Source: Balanoglossus misakiensis
Taxonomy: Eukaryota > Animalia > Hemichordata
Reading direction: 5' to 3'
Assembly: GCA_040954595.2 (NCBI GenBank)
Contig: CM082580.2
Location: forward strand, 2,532,783 to 2,596,782
DNA length: 64,000 nucleotides
How positions within the stretch are numbered: the stretch's first letter is position 1; each line of letters starts with the position of its first letter. Of this stretch, positions 40,264 through 51,966 are shown one piece after another. The position numbers were made by a program, and so were the translations under genes. The notes beneath the pieces were generated by a model, which ran no database searches, was not told the origin of the DNA, and was given only the letters and a program-made list of their open reading frames with translations.

Positions 40264-41518
40264 TCAAAATGAGTGCCAAACTTTAACTGTGTTGTCTTTC
40301 GGACGGACGGATGGACGGACAGACAGACAGACAAACAGACAGAGAGAAGACAGACAGACACCAGTGTAACATTAATAGCTTGTGTCATCAAGGGAGCAGA
40401 AAATTACCGAAGGTTTGAAGGAAGCCATTCTGTTTTGGGGGGAAGTAGCAACGACGTGATACAATGCAAGACAGACATTGTGATTGATGAAATTCAGATA
40501 TAGGCCCTATTTGCCAGCCAAAGTTCCCTCATATATCAACTAGGTACACTGTGTATATTGCATTCTTCAAACAAAGTTGTACCATGCAGTGCTGAATACA
40601 ACCATAGACCCTGGAGAGAGATTTTGAAAATATATTTCATGAAAATTACCCTAGCACTACCTGCGTACAACATCATCACCCGAGTAGCGCTCGCGGCTAC
40701 AATCATTATACAGCTGGGCCTGGCGTGACCCACCCAATAACAAGCGTCATTGCACAATGTTGCACGTAGCGCGTTCAGGGTTCACCACAAACATGACCTG
40801 CCATGTGCGCATGTCAACGAGGCGTGTACATGCTCGTGCAATTTATCAGTATGTGTGAAGATCGACGACCCAGCTGGGACTCGCACTGAAACGGCCTAAA
40901 CACTTATTCCCTTGCACTCGAGGTATATATAGTCAACCATACATTCCTGATTGTTTCTGCAGTGCTGGAACAAAGGTAGGTAGTGTTGTAGAAACGAGGT
41001 CATTGGGTCATTCACGCGAAACGTTTAAGAAGTGGTGAGGCATTCTCCTTGCTTTAGAAAATAAATGGATGAATGCAATCTGACTAAAATCAGATGAAGA
41101 GATAGGCGCCGTGGGACGGCGCCTAGCTTGGTCTTCTGCTGGTATGTCCCACCGCTTGAGTACCCAGCGGAAGAAGCAGAGGGCTCTGGGTAACCGAGAC
41201 TATCTCACCGCGAGCAGCACAGACCATGTAAAGCAAAGGTAAAGATTCTACCTATCTGTACACCTGATTTCAATCAGATTTGGCTGCATGGTGCATGTAG
41301 TCCAGTATGATTACATGAAGCAGACAAACACGAAATCCTTAGGCATAGAGTGTGAGATGATAAAACCCGTTTTGTATTTTTAATGTCCTGTGCGACAGCT
41401 ATTTATGTCAGGGTGACCTTACATTGACCGATGACTGAATTGTCGCGGCTGTTAATAATGTTGTAATCAGAGACTGCAGGCTGCCATTCGATCTCTTATA
41501 CTTCGATGCCTTAGGAAC

Positions 41519-43715
41519 ATGGCGACACATGAGAAACTGTATGACTTGTGTATTGTGGGCGCAGGCCTTATGGGATCTGCGGCAGCCAGACATGCTACAT
41601 TGCTTGTCCCGGAGTTGAAAGTCTGTCTGATTGGTCCCAAAGAACCAAAGGTAAGATGAGAGTCATTGATTGTATCGCTGATTTTGTACCTTGCTTATTA
41701 AAGGCGTACAATCACAATAATTTACATATGCCCATATATGGTGCTTTATGCCCAAATTTCGTGCTGCATTCTTTCTCATTATCTCCCTGCAGGACGTGCG
41801 CGAGTGCAACCACGGAATCTTTGCGTCCCACTACGACGAAGGACGCGTTACATCGTTGCTTTCAGATGACGTCACCAGGCTCGAGTTAACGAAAAGGAGC
41901 ATCGCTCAATACAGAGATATCGAACAACGAACAGGTCTCTTTGTCCACTTTGCTGTTCAGACAAACGCGTGATAAACGAGACGTTAATCCATTTCTCGAT
42001 TCGAAAATTTAAAGTTAGAGTATTACATTTGATTTTGGCTAAGCCGAACTACTTTTGTTGGCATTTCATCAAGTATACCGAATATTGTCCTGAAATAGGG
42101 TGTCTCGTTGTCTTGCAGGTGTATAAGATCTTAACCATGTAAGCCCAGTGGGTTCAAAAGTAAATCCATCCCATGAAAAGGTTGAGCAAACGACCGCAAA
42201 TATGTCGATTAAAACGTCAAATTGGGATAAGAAAGTCGTTCGTGTAAAATATCTCCAGATTATGATGTGTTCAATGACGTTGTAGATCAGGTGACTGAAG
42301 TTGACCAACCAACTGGTGCGGATTCAGGGAAATCCCAATTTTCGTCACTTGTCACAACGTACATGTATGTGTGAACACATGTACTATTTTCCAATAACGT
42401 GACTTCTTATTTTCAGGCACTGAGTTCTACAAAGAAGTTGGTCACGTTTTCTTTAGTCCACAAAGAATTGCACAGAACACGAAGGTTGGGCCAACAACTC
42501 CAAATGAGTCAAGGAACACCTGGATTTGGGAGAGGAAAACCCTTCACGAGAAATATCCCTACCTGTCTGTGAGTCAGAATGAGGGTGTGGTCAAGTTTGC
42601 AGCTGCAAATGGTCACGTGAGTGCAAGAAAGCTGGTTGACGTACAGCAGAAAGAGGCTCAACTCCAAGGCTGTGATATATTCAATGACGTTGTAGATCAG
42701 GTGACTGAAGTTGACCAATCAGGCGATGGAAAGTATATGAAGGTATCTACAGCCAATGGTGGGCTATACCGTGCAAGGAAGGTACTGCTTACACCAGGAG
42801 CTTTCATTGGATTTCGAGATTTACTCCCTCCCGGGAAGGAACTGGACGTGACGTTATATAAGGCTAGACTTGTCTTCGTCGAATTATCAGAAAATGATGC
42901 GAAACGATTGAGAGAAATGCCCGTAATTTCGTGGAAGCCTGATGCCGATGGACTTCGTCCCTACATTGTACCACCCATCAAATACCCAGACGGTAAATAT
43001 CAAATTCAACAAACGGCTTTGCATTACGACTTTTGGTTATTTTATGTCGTAGAAGTTTCCGATATGTTGTGCTTGTTTATGCATCTACAGCCTTTCTTTA
43101 TTGAACTAGGAACGGACATTGATTTATATTTTTACGTTCTCTTCTCAGGAAAGTACTACATTAAAATAGGAAAACGGTCCATAGAGCAAATGCATACAGC
43201 TGCTGAAGTGGCCGAATATTTCCAACGGGATCCTTCAACAATCGACATAGACCAACATCTCCTTGATTTGCTCTTGGATCTAGTAGAAGGTAAATACACT
43301 TAATCGATCGTCTATATGGACAATTATCATGACAGCAAACTTGTGATCGTATCAGAATGGGACGTCCGTCAAAAGGACTCTTGTTTGTAGTTTGGTTACT
43401 CTTTTTTGCAAACATTGCGCGAAAACTCGTATATATTAGCATATGTCCCGCCTTTGTCACTATTTGTCACTAACAGATCTTGAAGTCGTGTCCGTACGCG
43501 GAGGTTCCTGCGTTACAGCTCACACACCCACTGGGTTCATCTACTGTGACATGATAACTCCAACCCTTGGAGTTGTGACTGGTGGAAATGGATACTCGGC
43601 CATGTCATCGGATGAAATTGGTAGAATGGCCGCACGGATGATTATTTCTGGAAAATGGGACCATGATCTTCCAAAGGAGAAGTTTCGAGCTGTGTTCAGA
43701 ACTAAAGCAAAATGA
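41519..43715 (+). CDS. Sarcosine-oxidase-like FAD-dependent oxidoreductase, copy C
   Basis: Exons at ~41519-41650, 41793-41935, 42418-42993, 43149-43289 and 43477-43715; ends FRTKAK*. Confidence 0.88.
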
Positions 43716-44715
43716 GTGCCAAACTCTAACACTGTCAATAGTATTTAGGTGAAATATTTTTGAGTATCCGGTCTCGTTTACGCGAATGCCTGGTAATTAA
43801 ACTAAGTTTAATTCTGTATTAAGTCTTGCCGATTCTGTGTTCTGAGACAATGGTAGTTACAATGTAAATATGTGCAGTTTTTTACACGCCGTTGTCAGTG
43901 ACGTCACTGAAATTCAAATGTTCATTGCTTGAAAGTTTAACTTCAATAACGTGCCCATATGTGATTTAATTATCAAGCAATTAGATTCATGTACCACCAC
44001 CACCACCACCGCCAAGGCGTTGATACCTTTCCTTGTTCTCGTGCCCCAAGGCCGAATACGATTTCACGCAAAGACAAACATTGTGGTTGAAGAATATTTA
44101 AATAGAACTGTTGGTCAAAGTTCCCTCGTCTGTCTAAAAGATTGCGATAAGAAATCCAACCAGATAGAGTTGTGGCATACTGTACTGACTGCACTAGAAA
44201 CTTTAGGACTTGTTTTGTTTTGATGTTATCAACCGGTAAGTTACGAACGGTCTCCATATTTTCTGTAAAGGTCTAAAGGGATAGAATTCTATACCTTTCC
44301 GTTGCACATGTCTTCATTCACGTTGGGCGATATAAACAAAAAATTGCCGCGCCATTATCTGTTGGGTGCCTGTTGCATGATATGACAAGGACACACAACG
44401 CAACATATCTGATATAAGATAGATTGTATAAGTGGTTGCGAATGTGTGTTTTTTTTAATCTGGAAACCTTGTCTAAGGTTAACATCGTTGTGAACTCCAA
44501 AATGAAACAGTTGATTTTGAGACATTGAATCTGCACAATGGCGTGTCTCTCTCGAAATGTTTCATATGAATTTATTTTAGGGACAAAACAACATGAATTT
44601 AGGCTAAATTATAAGATGCATAAATTCTTGCGCACGCTCAATAGTGTCATCAGAGACTGCGGGCAGAAACTCGATGTCTTATACTTCGGTGGCTTTCGAA
44701 CTTGACTTTAGGAAA

Positions 44716-47700
44716 ATGGCGACACATGAGAAACTGTATGACTTGTGTATTGTGGGCGCAGGCCTTATGGGATCTGCGGCAGCCAGACATGCTACATTGC
44801 TTGTCCCGGAGTTGAGAGTCTGTCTGATTGGTCCCAAAGAACCAAAGGTAAGATTAGAATAGCCATTAGTGATATCGCTCACTGCAAATCATGCTGAGAG
44901 AAGGGAACATAGTCCGTCGAAAAATGTGACATTTACGTAAGAAATAAAAAAGAAAATAGGTCTCAAAATGTCAAATATGCTACCAGCATTGAACGACTTG
45001 GTGTCTGCCTCCCTTGTCACTGTCCTGTGTGTGAGACTTTCGCATGTGCTTTCATATTTCCTCGAAGGACATGCGTGCGTGCGACCATGGAATCTTTTCT
45101 TCCCACTACGACGAAGGGCGTATTTCAACACTGCTTTCAAACGATGTCATCTGGGGCGAGTTATCGAAAAGGAGCATGGCTCGATTCAGAGATATCGAAC
45201 AACAAACAGGTATGAACTGTCTATGACAAGCTTTGAAAAGTTTTCATTTTTCCCCGTCAAAAGCTCACCTATTCATGGTTCCACAGCTGTCAATCACACT
45301 GAACCCTCAGCCAATCAGAGCCGAGAAAAGTCATGCTGGTAACACAACCGCCATTTTGTCCCACATATAATCAACAACATGGCCCAGCCTACAGTACACG
45401 CTCAGTTAGAGATAGACAGACTGGAAGTTATTTTTCAGTTTCAGGAACTTAATGGTTTTAAAATATCGGCCAGAATAGTGAAGAGATGCGCCTGGGGGAC
45501 GTGTAAATCAGATGAAAGGTACCTTGACCCAACATCGAGTATATTTTTTGTTCCGTTTTCGAAGCCAAAAACGCACAGAGAGAGGTGTCTCAGGTGGTGG
45601 ATATTAAAAGTTTGCGTTTAGATTTTAAACTGACACGTCTTCAATATAAATATTCAACAATGATTTTATTACTTAAGTGTTTGAAAATTTTGAAATTCAT
45701 ATGCTGCTTGCAATTTCCATTTGAAATGTCAATGTTGTTCGACCCGTTATAAAATGTCCAGCGTTGTAAATATGGGGCCGCGCGCTGTCAATCCAAGTAA
45801 CGTTCACGTAGTTTTCTGACTATTTGCCGCGTTATCAGTGTTTTCATCCATATTTACCTACCAAAAATATCTTCAGGTGAAGTGATACCTCTTGTGTCTC
45901 ATATTTCGTCTGATTTCACTCAGAAACAGCACGATAAACTTAACCTTTGGGGCCCGTTATTACTAACAGCTGATCGTGGTTTCATGTCCGTTTGCGTGTG
46001 ACCCCGACCGCATAACTTGATCTGTCGATCCTTTTAAAATAGTGCTATTTTTCGCTGAAATGTTTAAAATTCACAAAGAAGCTCACTTTCATTGACACTT
46101 GGTCTATGTATGTGATGAATATATAATTCCCCCGTATTCTCACTCGTGTACCTGCGTCGCGAACTCGACATTCACAGTATACAACTGTAGCCTGCGGCCC
46201 AGGGGGGATACGGCCGCTATCGTCCGCGATGCAGGCACACTCGTTCGAAATACGGGGGAATTATACCTAATTAAACCCTTTTCCTGTGACTTCTTGGATA
46301 GTTTTTTTAACTCTGGTAGGTAGCATACAGAAATATCGCCAGGAACGTTGCGCAGACTATCGCTGAATGAATCTAGTTTCCCCATCCACGTTGTGGAGCT
46401 ATGGAGGTCAATGTCCCACAAGCTCGAAGCTTGTGGGGCGTAGCAACAGTAACTAAGGGGGGCGTGGCTTATTACCGTAGGGTGGAACTATGAATTGTGT
46501 CGGTTCCGAAAAATGTGCGCGAATTCCGGAATTTGCCCCCTTTTTTCATGCCTGTGATCAGGGAGCCACTTCGCACTCGAGCCAGGCGACGGTATTTGCA
46601 TATGGACAAACAGTGTACGCTACTGCTGACAATAAAGTGTAATTAGCGGTCCATGCATAATTAAGTCCACAGACAAACCCAGCTACATGTACATGTATAT
46701 AAACAGTGTTCAAAGCAAAGGAAGCCCTTGCCTCACATTACAGGCAGAGTATTTACAAAGGTGTGAAAGACTATTTGTCCACATCAAGATAAGTCTGCGG
46801 CTGAACTTCGAAAATGCGAAAAAATCGACTGAGTTGGGTTAGGAGAACACGCCCACTCGCCACTTTTACTTGCCTGTTATCTGAGCACAGAGTGCGATAC
46901 GCAATGCCAGATAGTAACTTATGTTAACTTCAAGACCCAAAATAGGTGGTTGTAGAATAGTCTATAAGGCATGTCATAGTCTATAGACACTTAACCTTTG
47001 TTCAGTCAAGACAGACTTGAGCACTCGGGACGTTTGTACAACTTTCGTTTCAAAATGTTGAGTAGTTTTCCTGGCATTAGTAGTTTAAATCTGGCGATTG
47101 CTAAGCTGAGATGATATAAACCCATACACCCTTTTCAAAAGTCTAGCGCCCTCACACAGCCATCACGAATATTAAATCAAAGGGAGGCCAATGGGGAAAT
47201 TGACCAATCACATCAAGGGGATTTTCCCATTGGCCTAGCTTTGAGTTCAAATTCATGATGGCCGTGTGAGGGTGCCGTATAGACTTATAAAAAGGGTGTA
47301 TTGAGCACAAAGTAAATGTTTAATGATAAATGCTGGATATTATATCCTCCAATAACGTGTCTTGTTCCTTACAGGTATTAAATTCTTTAACCAAGTTGGC
47401 CACATTTTATTAGGTCCACGAGGTAATCCATACCACGAAAAGGTCAAGAGAACGACCGCAGGTATGTCGGTTAAAACCTCGATTTGGGATAGGAAGACCG
47501 TTCACGAGAAATACCCCTACCTGTCTCTGAGACAGAATGACGATGCTATCATATTTTCGGAGACAAGTGGTCACGTGAGTGCAAGGAAGCTGATTGATGC
47601 ACAGCAGACAGCGTCTCGTCTTCAAGGCTGTGATATATTCAATGACGTTGTAGATCAGGTGACTGAAGTTGACCAATCAGGCGATGGAAAGTATATGAAG

Positions 47701-48855
47701 GTATCTACAGCCAATGGTAGGATATACCGTGCAAGGAAGGTACTGCTTACACCAGGAGCGTTCATTGGATTTCGGGATTTACTCCCTCCCGGGCAGGAAC
47801 TGGACGTCAAGATACATAAACAGAAGCTTCTTTTCGTCGAGTTATCAGAAACTGATGTGAAACGAATGAGAGAAATGTCCGTAATTACCTGGAAGTACGA
47901 TTTCGAAGGACGACGGTGCTACATCTTACCACCAATCAAATACTCAGACGGTAAGTGAAAATTGTCAAAAACCGACAATTTTTTGACTTGGCAAACTTTG
48001 GTGATTTTGTCATTTTTCGACATTTTTCATGAGTTATAGCTCACCTACCTTGCCATGTTTTGGACCTCCAAATATTAATATGTATTTTACGTTCGCTTCT
48101 CAGGAAAGTACTACATTAAAATAGGACAGCGTTCCTATGAGCAACTGCATACTGCTGTCCAAGTGGCCGAATATTTCAAACGGGACCCTGCTGGAATCAT
48201 AGCAGATCCACATCTCAAGGATTTGCTCTTGGAGCTAGTAAAAGGTAAAATTCTCACCTTGCCCGAAGGTTTCTCGCCTTCTCCGAAGTCTGTCGGCGAT
48301 GCACCGATTTGAGAGGAAAAGTATGGGACATCCTCAAAGTGGCTCCTGTTTATTTGATTATGCGAAGACTCTTACAATAATTATTGTGCCTCCGATCTTT
48401 GGGCCATCTTTCCTATGCCTCATCCCGTTGAGTGGTATTCTTCAGAAACACGTGTTTTTTTATTTACCCAAAACCTGTAATTCGTTTCCCGTAGACGACG
48501 ATGGTATAGCGTTGAGTTAAATATTCCTATCTTATAACGTTGAACGACCCAAATCCCATTAAAAATATGAATAAGATTTGTCACTATTTTAACAGATCTT
48601 GAAGTCGTGTCCGTACGCGGGGGCTCCTGCGTTACAGCTCACACACCCACTGGGTTCATCTACTGTGACATGATAACTCCAACCCTTGGAGTTGTGACTG
48701 GTGGAAATGGATACTCGGCCATGTCGTCGGATGAAATTGGTAGAATGGCCGCCCGGATGATTATTTCTGGAAAATGGGACCATGATCTTCCAAAGGAGAA
48801 GTTTCGAGCTGTGTTTACTTCATGTTCTAAACCCGCCGTGACAGCCAAACTTTGA
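44716..48855 (+). CDS. Sarcosine-oxidase-like FAD-dependent oxidoreductase, copy D, with peroxisomal PTS1 (AKL)
   Basis: Exons at ~44716-44847, 45069-45209, 47375-47950, 48104-48244 and 48597-48855; ends SKPAVTAKL*. Confidence 0.88.
46000..46265 (+). mobile_element. 3' end of an element of the 26113-26872 family
   Basis: Shares gaccgcataac..., ctatgtatgtgat and the terminal hairpin with 26640-26870. Confidence 0.65.
47124..47301. mobile_element. Fold-back MITE (whole element is an imperfect palindrome)
   Basis: atacaccctttt...ccctcacacagccatca...ggccaatgggg / cccattggcc...tgatggccgtgtgaggg...aaaagggtgtat. Confidence 0.75.
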
Positions 48856-49008
48856 GTGGCATGAGGAAAAAAGCGTGTTTGTAAAGACTGAACACAAGTG
48901 GTGCGAATAAGTTTCTCTTTATTGTCACTTTCAGTCCGAATACATGTATCGTGGAATAAGAATGCATGAAAAAAATAACAGGTATATTGCTTGCGACATA
49001 CTTAAACA

Positions 49009-49092
49009 GGCCGCGTAGCCTAATGGATAAGGCGTCTGACTTCGAAATGTGTGGAAATCAGAAGATTGTGGGTTCGAGTCCCATCGTGGTCG
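49009..49092 (+). tRNA. tRNA-Arg(TCG) with 11-nt intron at 37/38
   Basis: GGCCGCG acceptor stem, A box TAGCCTAATGG, anticodon arm TCTGA-CTTCGA[aatgtgtggaa]A-TCAGA, B box GGTTCGAGTCC, followed by a T7 Pol III terminator. Confidence 0.92.
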
Positions 49093-50119
49093 TTTTTTTA
49101 TTTCCATATGGGTGTGACTTCGTGTCACAGGGTATGGTTCATATGGGTGGCAATCGGTTTATTTTCCATGTATTTAAAATTCATTGATATACAATATTTT
49201 TTAAAAACAGGAAATGCCAATATTCTAAAATATGGAAAATTAGGTATATGCGTTGGCCATCTTGGGCGTCACCTTTAAAATTACACCTTCCCGGTCGTAT
49301 AGACTTTTTAATGTGAATTTAAAGATTTCTGATACTGCGGAAAGCCATTGAGAAACCTTTTGTTGCAATTCTTAATGTAAAACCATAAATAAGGAATACA
49401 AAACGAACGTGTGTTTTGTATAAGTGTACTGCGTGGGTGGTAAAGGGCATTGTTAAGTGTCGAAAACAGGTTTTGACATACACGCTGGTTCAGCCATTGC
49501 AACAAGAATTGTTTACAGCAAAGCGTCAGCATTGTTTATCTGTTCACGAAAAAAAATAATGGAGACGTTTTAAGATTAGCAGGACGAAATTTGTATACAT
49601 TTTTTTCTCGAAGATTCCATATAACACCACAATAATTTAGCCTTGATTATCTGTTACGGACGATGACAGATGACTGTCTGAAAGACAAATGTATTGCAAA
49701 CGGTCTTCTGTGTTTATCATTTACTCTACACGCGCATGCGCCCCGAGCGATGAAACCTCTAACGTTCGAGTGAATATCAACCACCTGAGATAACTAAAGG
49801 AGTTGGAGGTAGCGTCGTGATCCTACCGTGGATGCATGCTGTAGCTTTGACCATGGATACTACAAAAATTAAGTTTAGGCATATTTGATCCTTAAATATT
49901 CAACGTCTACACTGACTGTGAGCGCCCCCCGGTCATTTCACAGTCTCATCCTAGGAAGCTTCAATATTCAATACTTTCGCGGATGGGATCATCTTCAGAA
50001 ACAGAAGAAAGTGAACGCCCGTGAGCGAGAGAGCATCTGGTTGTTGTTTCCTGCGGCTAGTATAAGGACACCATGGAGTCTGCTGTCAAACCGTTCTACA
50101 TGAGAAGCAGTCTCATGCG

Positions 50120-50365
50120 ATGGCAGCGACTGAAGCCGAGTGTAACGGGAGGGAGTCTTACGGAGCCCTTTTGAACAACCTTCTTCGAAACTCCTCAGCT
50201 CATGGGCTACCGAACCTCAGTCGGGCTTCCACCATCCCGCTACGCCCTTTTTGGTTTTTGTCATTTTGGGGCGCTGTGTCCGTTTTTGCGGTCATCGGCA
50301 CAGACCTTGTGAGGCGGCTGATAGAGCGCGAGGTCCGCGTCGGCTACGATTTCAAATTCGGCCGG
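50120..50365 (+). pseudogene. DEG/ENaC (ASIC/FaNaC-like) channel N-terminal fragment
   Basis: MAATEAE...NSSAHGLPNLSRASTIPLRPFWFLSFWGAVSVFAVIGTDLVRRLIEREVRVGYDFKF contains the pre-TM1 HG motif, the conserved W and TM1. It is truncated at ~50368, where oxidase intron sequence begins. Confidence 0.75.
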
Positions 50366-50368
50366 ATT

Positions 50369-50766
50369 GACAGCAAATTTGTGATCGTATCAGAATGGGA
50401 CGTCCGTCAAAAGGACTCTTGTTTGTAGTTTGGTTTTGCAAACATTGCGCGAAAACTCGTATATATTAGCATATGTTCCGCCTTTGTCACTATTTGTCAC
50501 TAACAGATCTTGAAGTCGTGTCCGTACACGGAGGTTCCTGCGTTACAGCTCACACACCCAATGGGTTCATCTACTGTGACATGATAACTCCAACCCTTGG
50601 AGTTGTGACTGGTGGAAATGGATACTCGGCCATGTCATCGGATGAAATTGGTAGAATGGCCGCCCGGATGATTATTTCTGGAAAATGGGACCATGATCTT
50701 CCAAAGGAAAAGTTTCGAGCTGTTTTCACTTCATGTTCTAAACCCGCCGTGACAGCCAAACTTTGA
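50369..50766 (+). pseudogene. Orphan last intron and last exon of the oxidase (copy E)
   Basis: The intron matches 43331-43476 (copy C). Exon 50507-50766 ends TAKL* like copy D. No upstream oxidase exons are present. Confidence 0.85.
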
Positions 50767-50939
50767 GTGGGCATGAGGAAAAAAGCGTGTTTGTAAAGAC
50801 TGAACACAAGTGGTGCGAATAAGTATCTTTTTATTCTCGCTTTCAGTCCGAATACATGAAACGTGCGAGATGGATTAAGCTTGTGTTAAGAACGCATGAA
50901 AAAAATAACGGGTATATTGCTTGCGACAAAAATAAATCC

Positions 50940-51023
50940 GGCCGCGTAGCCTAATGGATAAGGCGTCTGACTTCGAAATGTGTGGAAATCAGAAGATTGT
51001 GGGTTCGAGTCCCATCGTGGTCG
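50940..51023 (+). tRNA. tRNA-Arg(TCG) with 11-nt intron, duplicate
   Basis: Identical to 49009-49092 and followed by a T10 terminator. Confidence 0.92.
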
Positions 51024-51113
51024 TTTTTTTTTTATTTCCATATGTGTGTGTCTCCGTGTCACAGGGCATGGTTCATACGGGTGGCAATCGGTTTATTTTC
51101 CATTTACTTAAAA

Positions 51114-51966
51114 TTAAGCAATAACCCCCGCCGCAGGCGGATATACGCGAGATTTGGGTACAATTCGAGACATATAGCACGAGCCGTCATATGGAGCGCA
51201 TTGTACCCAAATCGAGTGTATACCCGACTGAGGCGGGGGTTATTGCTATTATATTATATCAACAATTGTTTTTGTTGCATATCAGAGTCATTTTCTTACC
51301 GAAATATGGCGTCAGAAAGAGAAATTACGATCGTGAACCAACATGGCGACGATGAATGTAAACACGAGCAGCCGGGATCGAGCATTAAACATGAAGCAGA
51401 CGACAAAAAGTGACAAGACGGGCATCCCGCGTGGCAAAGTGACAAATATTTCCACAGAGCAGTTCCAAAATAAAACGTCCGTTAATTCAACAGTATTTTT
51501 GTTTTATTTATTTGGTTTAAACACGCGCGACTGTGATTTAACCACACAGTTTTGCTGCTGTATGCTAGCTCAGGGGCCCGCGTTAGCACTGCCAGCAGTG
51601 CATTATTGAGTATTATATTATACCAGTATATTGATGGTGTAAATCACGCTATTTGATTGGTCGAGACACGACACGTGACCGTGATATATTAGCCATATAC
51701 CACAGTCATATATCATAGTCAAAGAAAATGCCTTTTTAAAATGTTTCATGCAAAGTTTCAATATACTGGCATAATACTCGATAATACTCGATTTTGACCA
51801 GTTCAACTCCATATACGCACTCGCTATCGCTCGTGCGTATATGTCGTGAACTGGTCAAAATCTCGTGGTATACCATGGCTGGGGGTGGTTTATTGCTTAA
51901 TTTTAGCATCGCTGGATTGAGCTCTCGTCCAATCAGAATTGCGGACGGTAGCATGATATAATATAA
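51114..51966. mobile_element. CryptonV-like non-autonomous element with a nested element of the 29111 family
   Basis: Absent from the paralogous site at ~49180. 5' hairpin agcaataacccccgcc...ggcgggggttattgct, then ttatattatatc, whose inverse gatataatataa ends the insert. The nested copy spans 51612-51900. Confidence 0.7.

Noticed and set aside
32831-48855. Calling the oxidases PIPOX/soxA orthologues, or a recent bacterial transfer or contamination
   Set aside because: The motifs differ from PIPOX/MSOX at key sites, so no gene symbol is given. The genes have four conserved spliceosomal introns, so they are resident animal genes; any ancient transfer needs a phylogeny.
50473-50766. 97-aa ORF from an intronic ATG through the orphan oxidase exon
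   Set aside because: The same intronic ATG exists in copy C (43443). The product would lack the FAD-binding domain, and there is no sign of a dedicated promoter.
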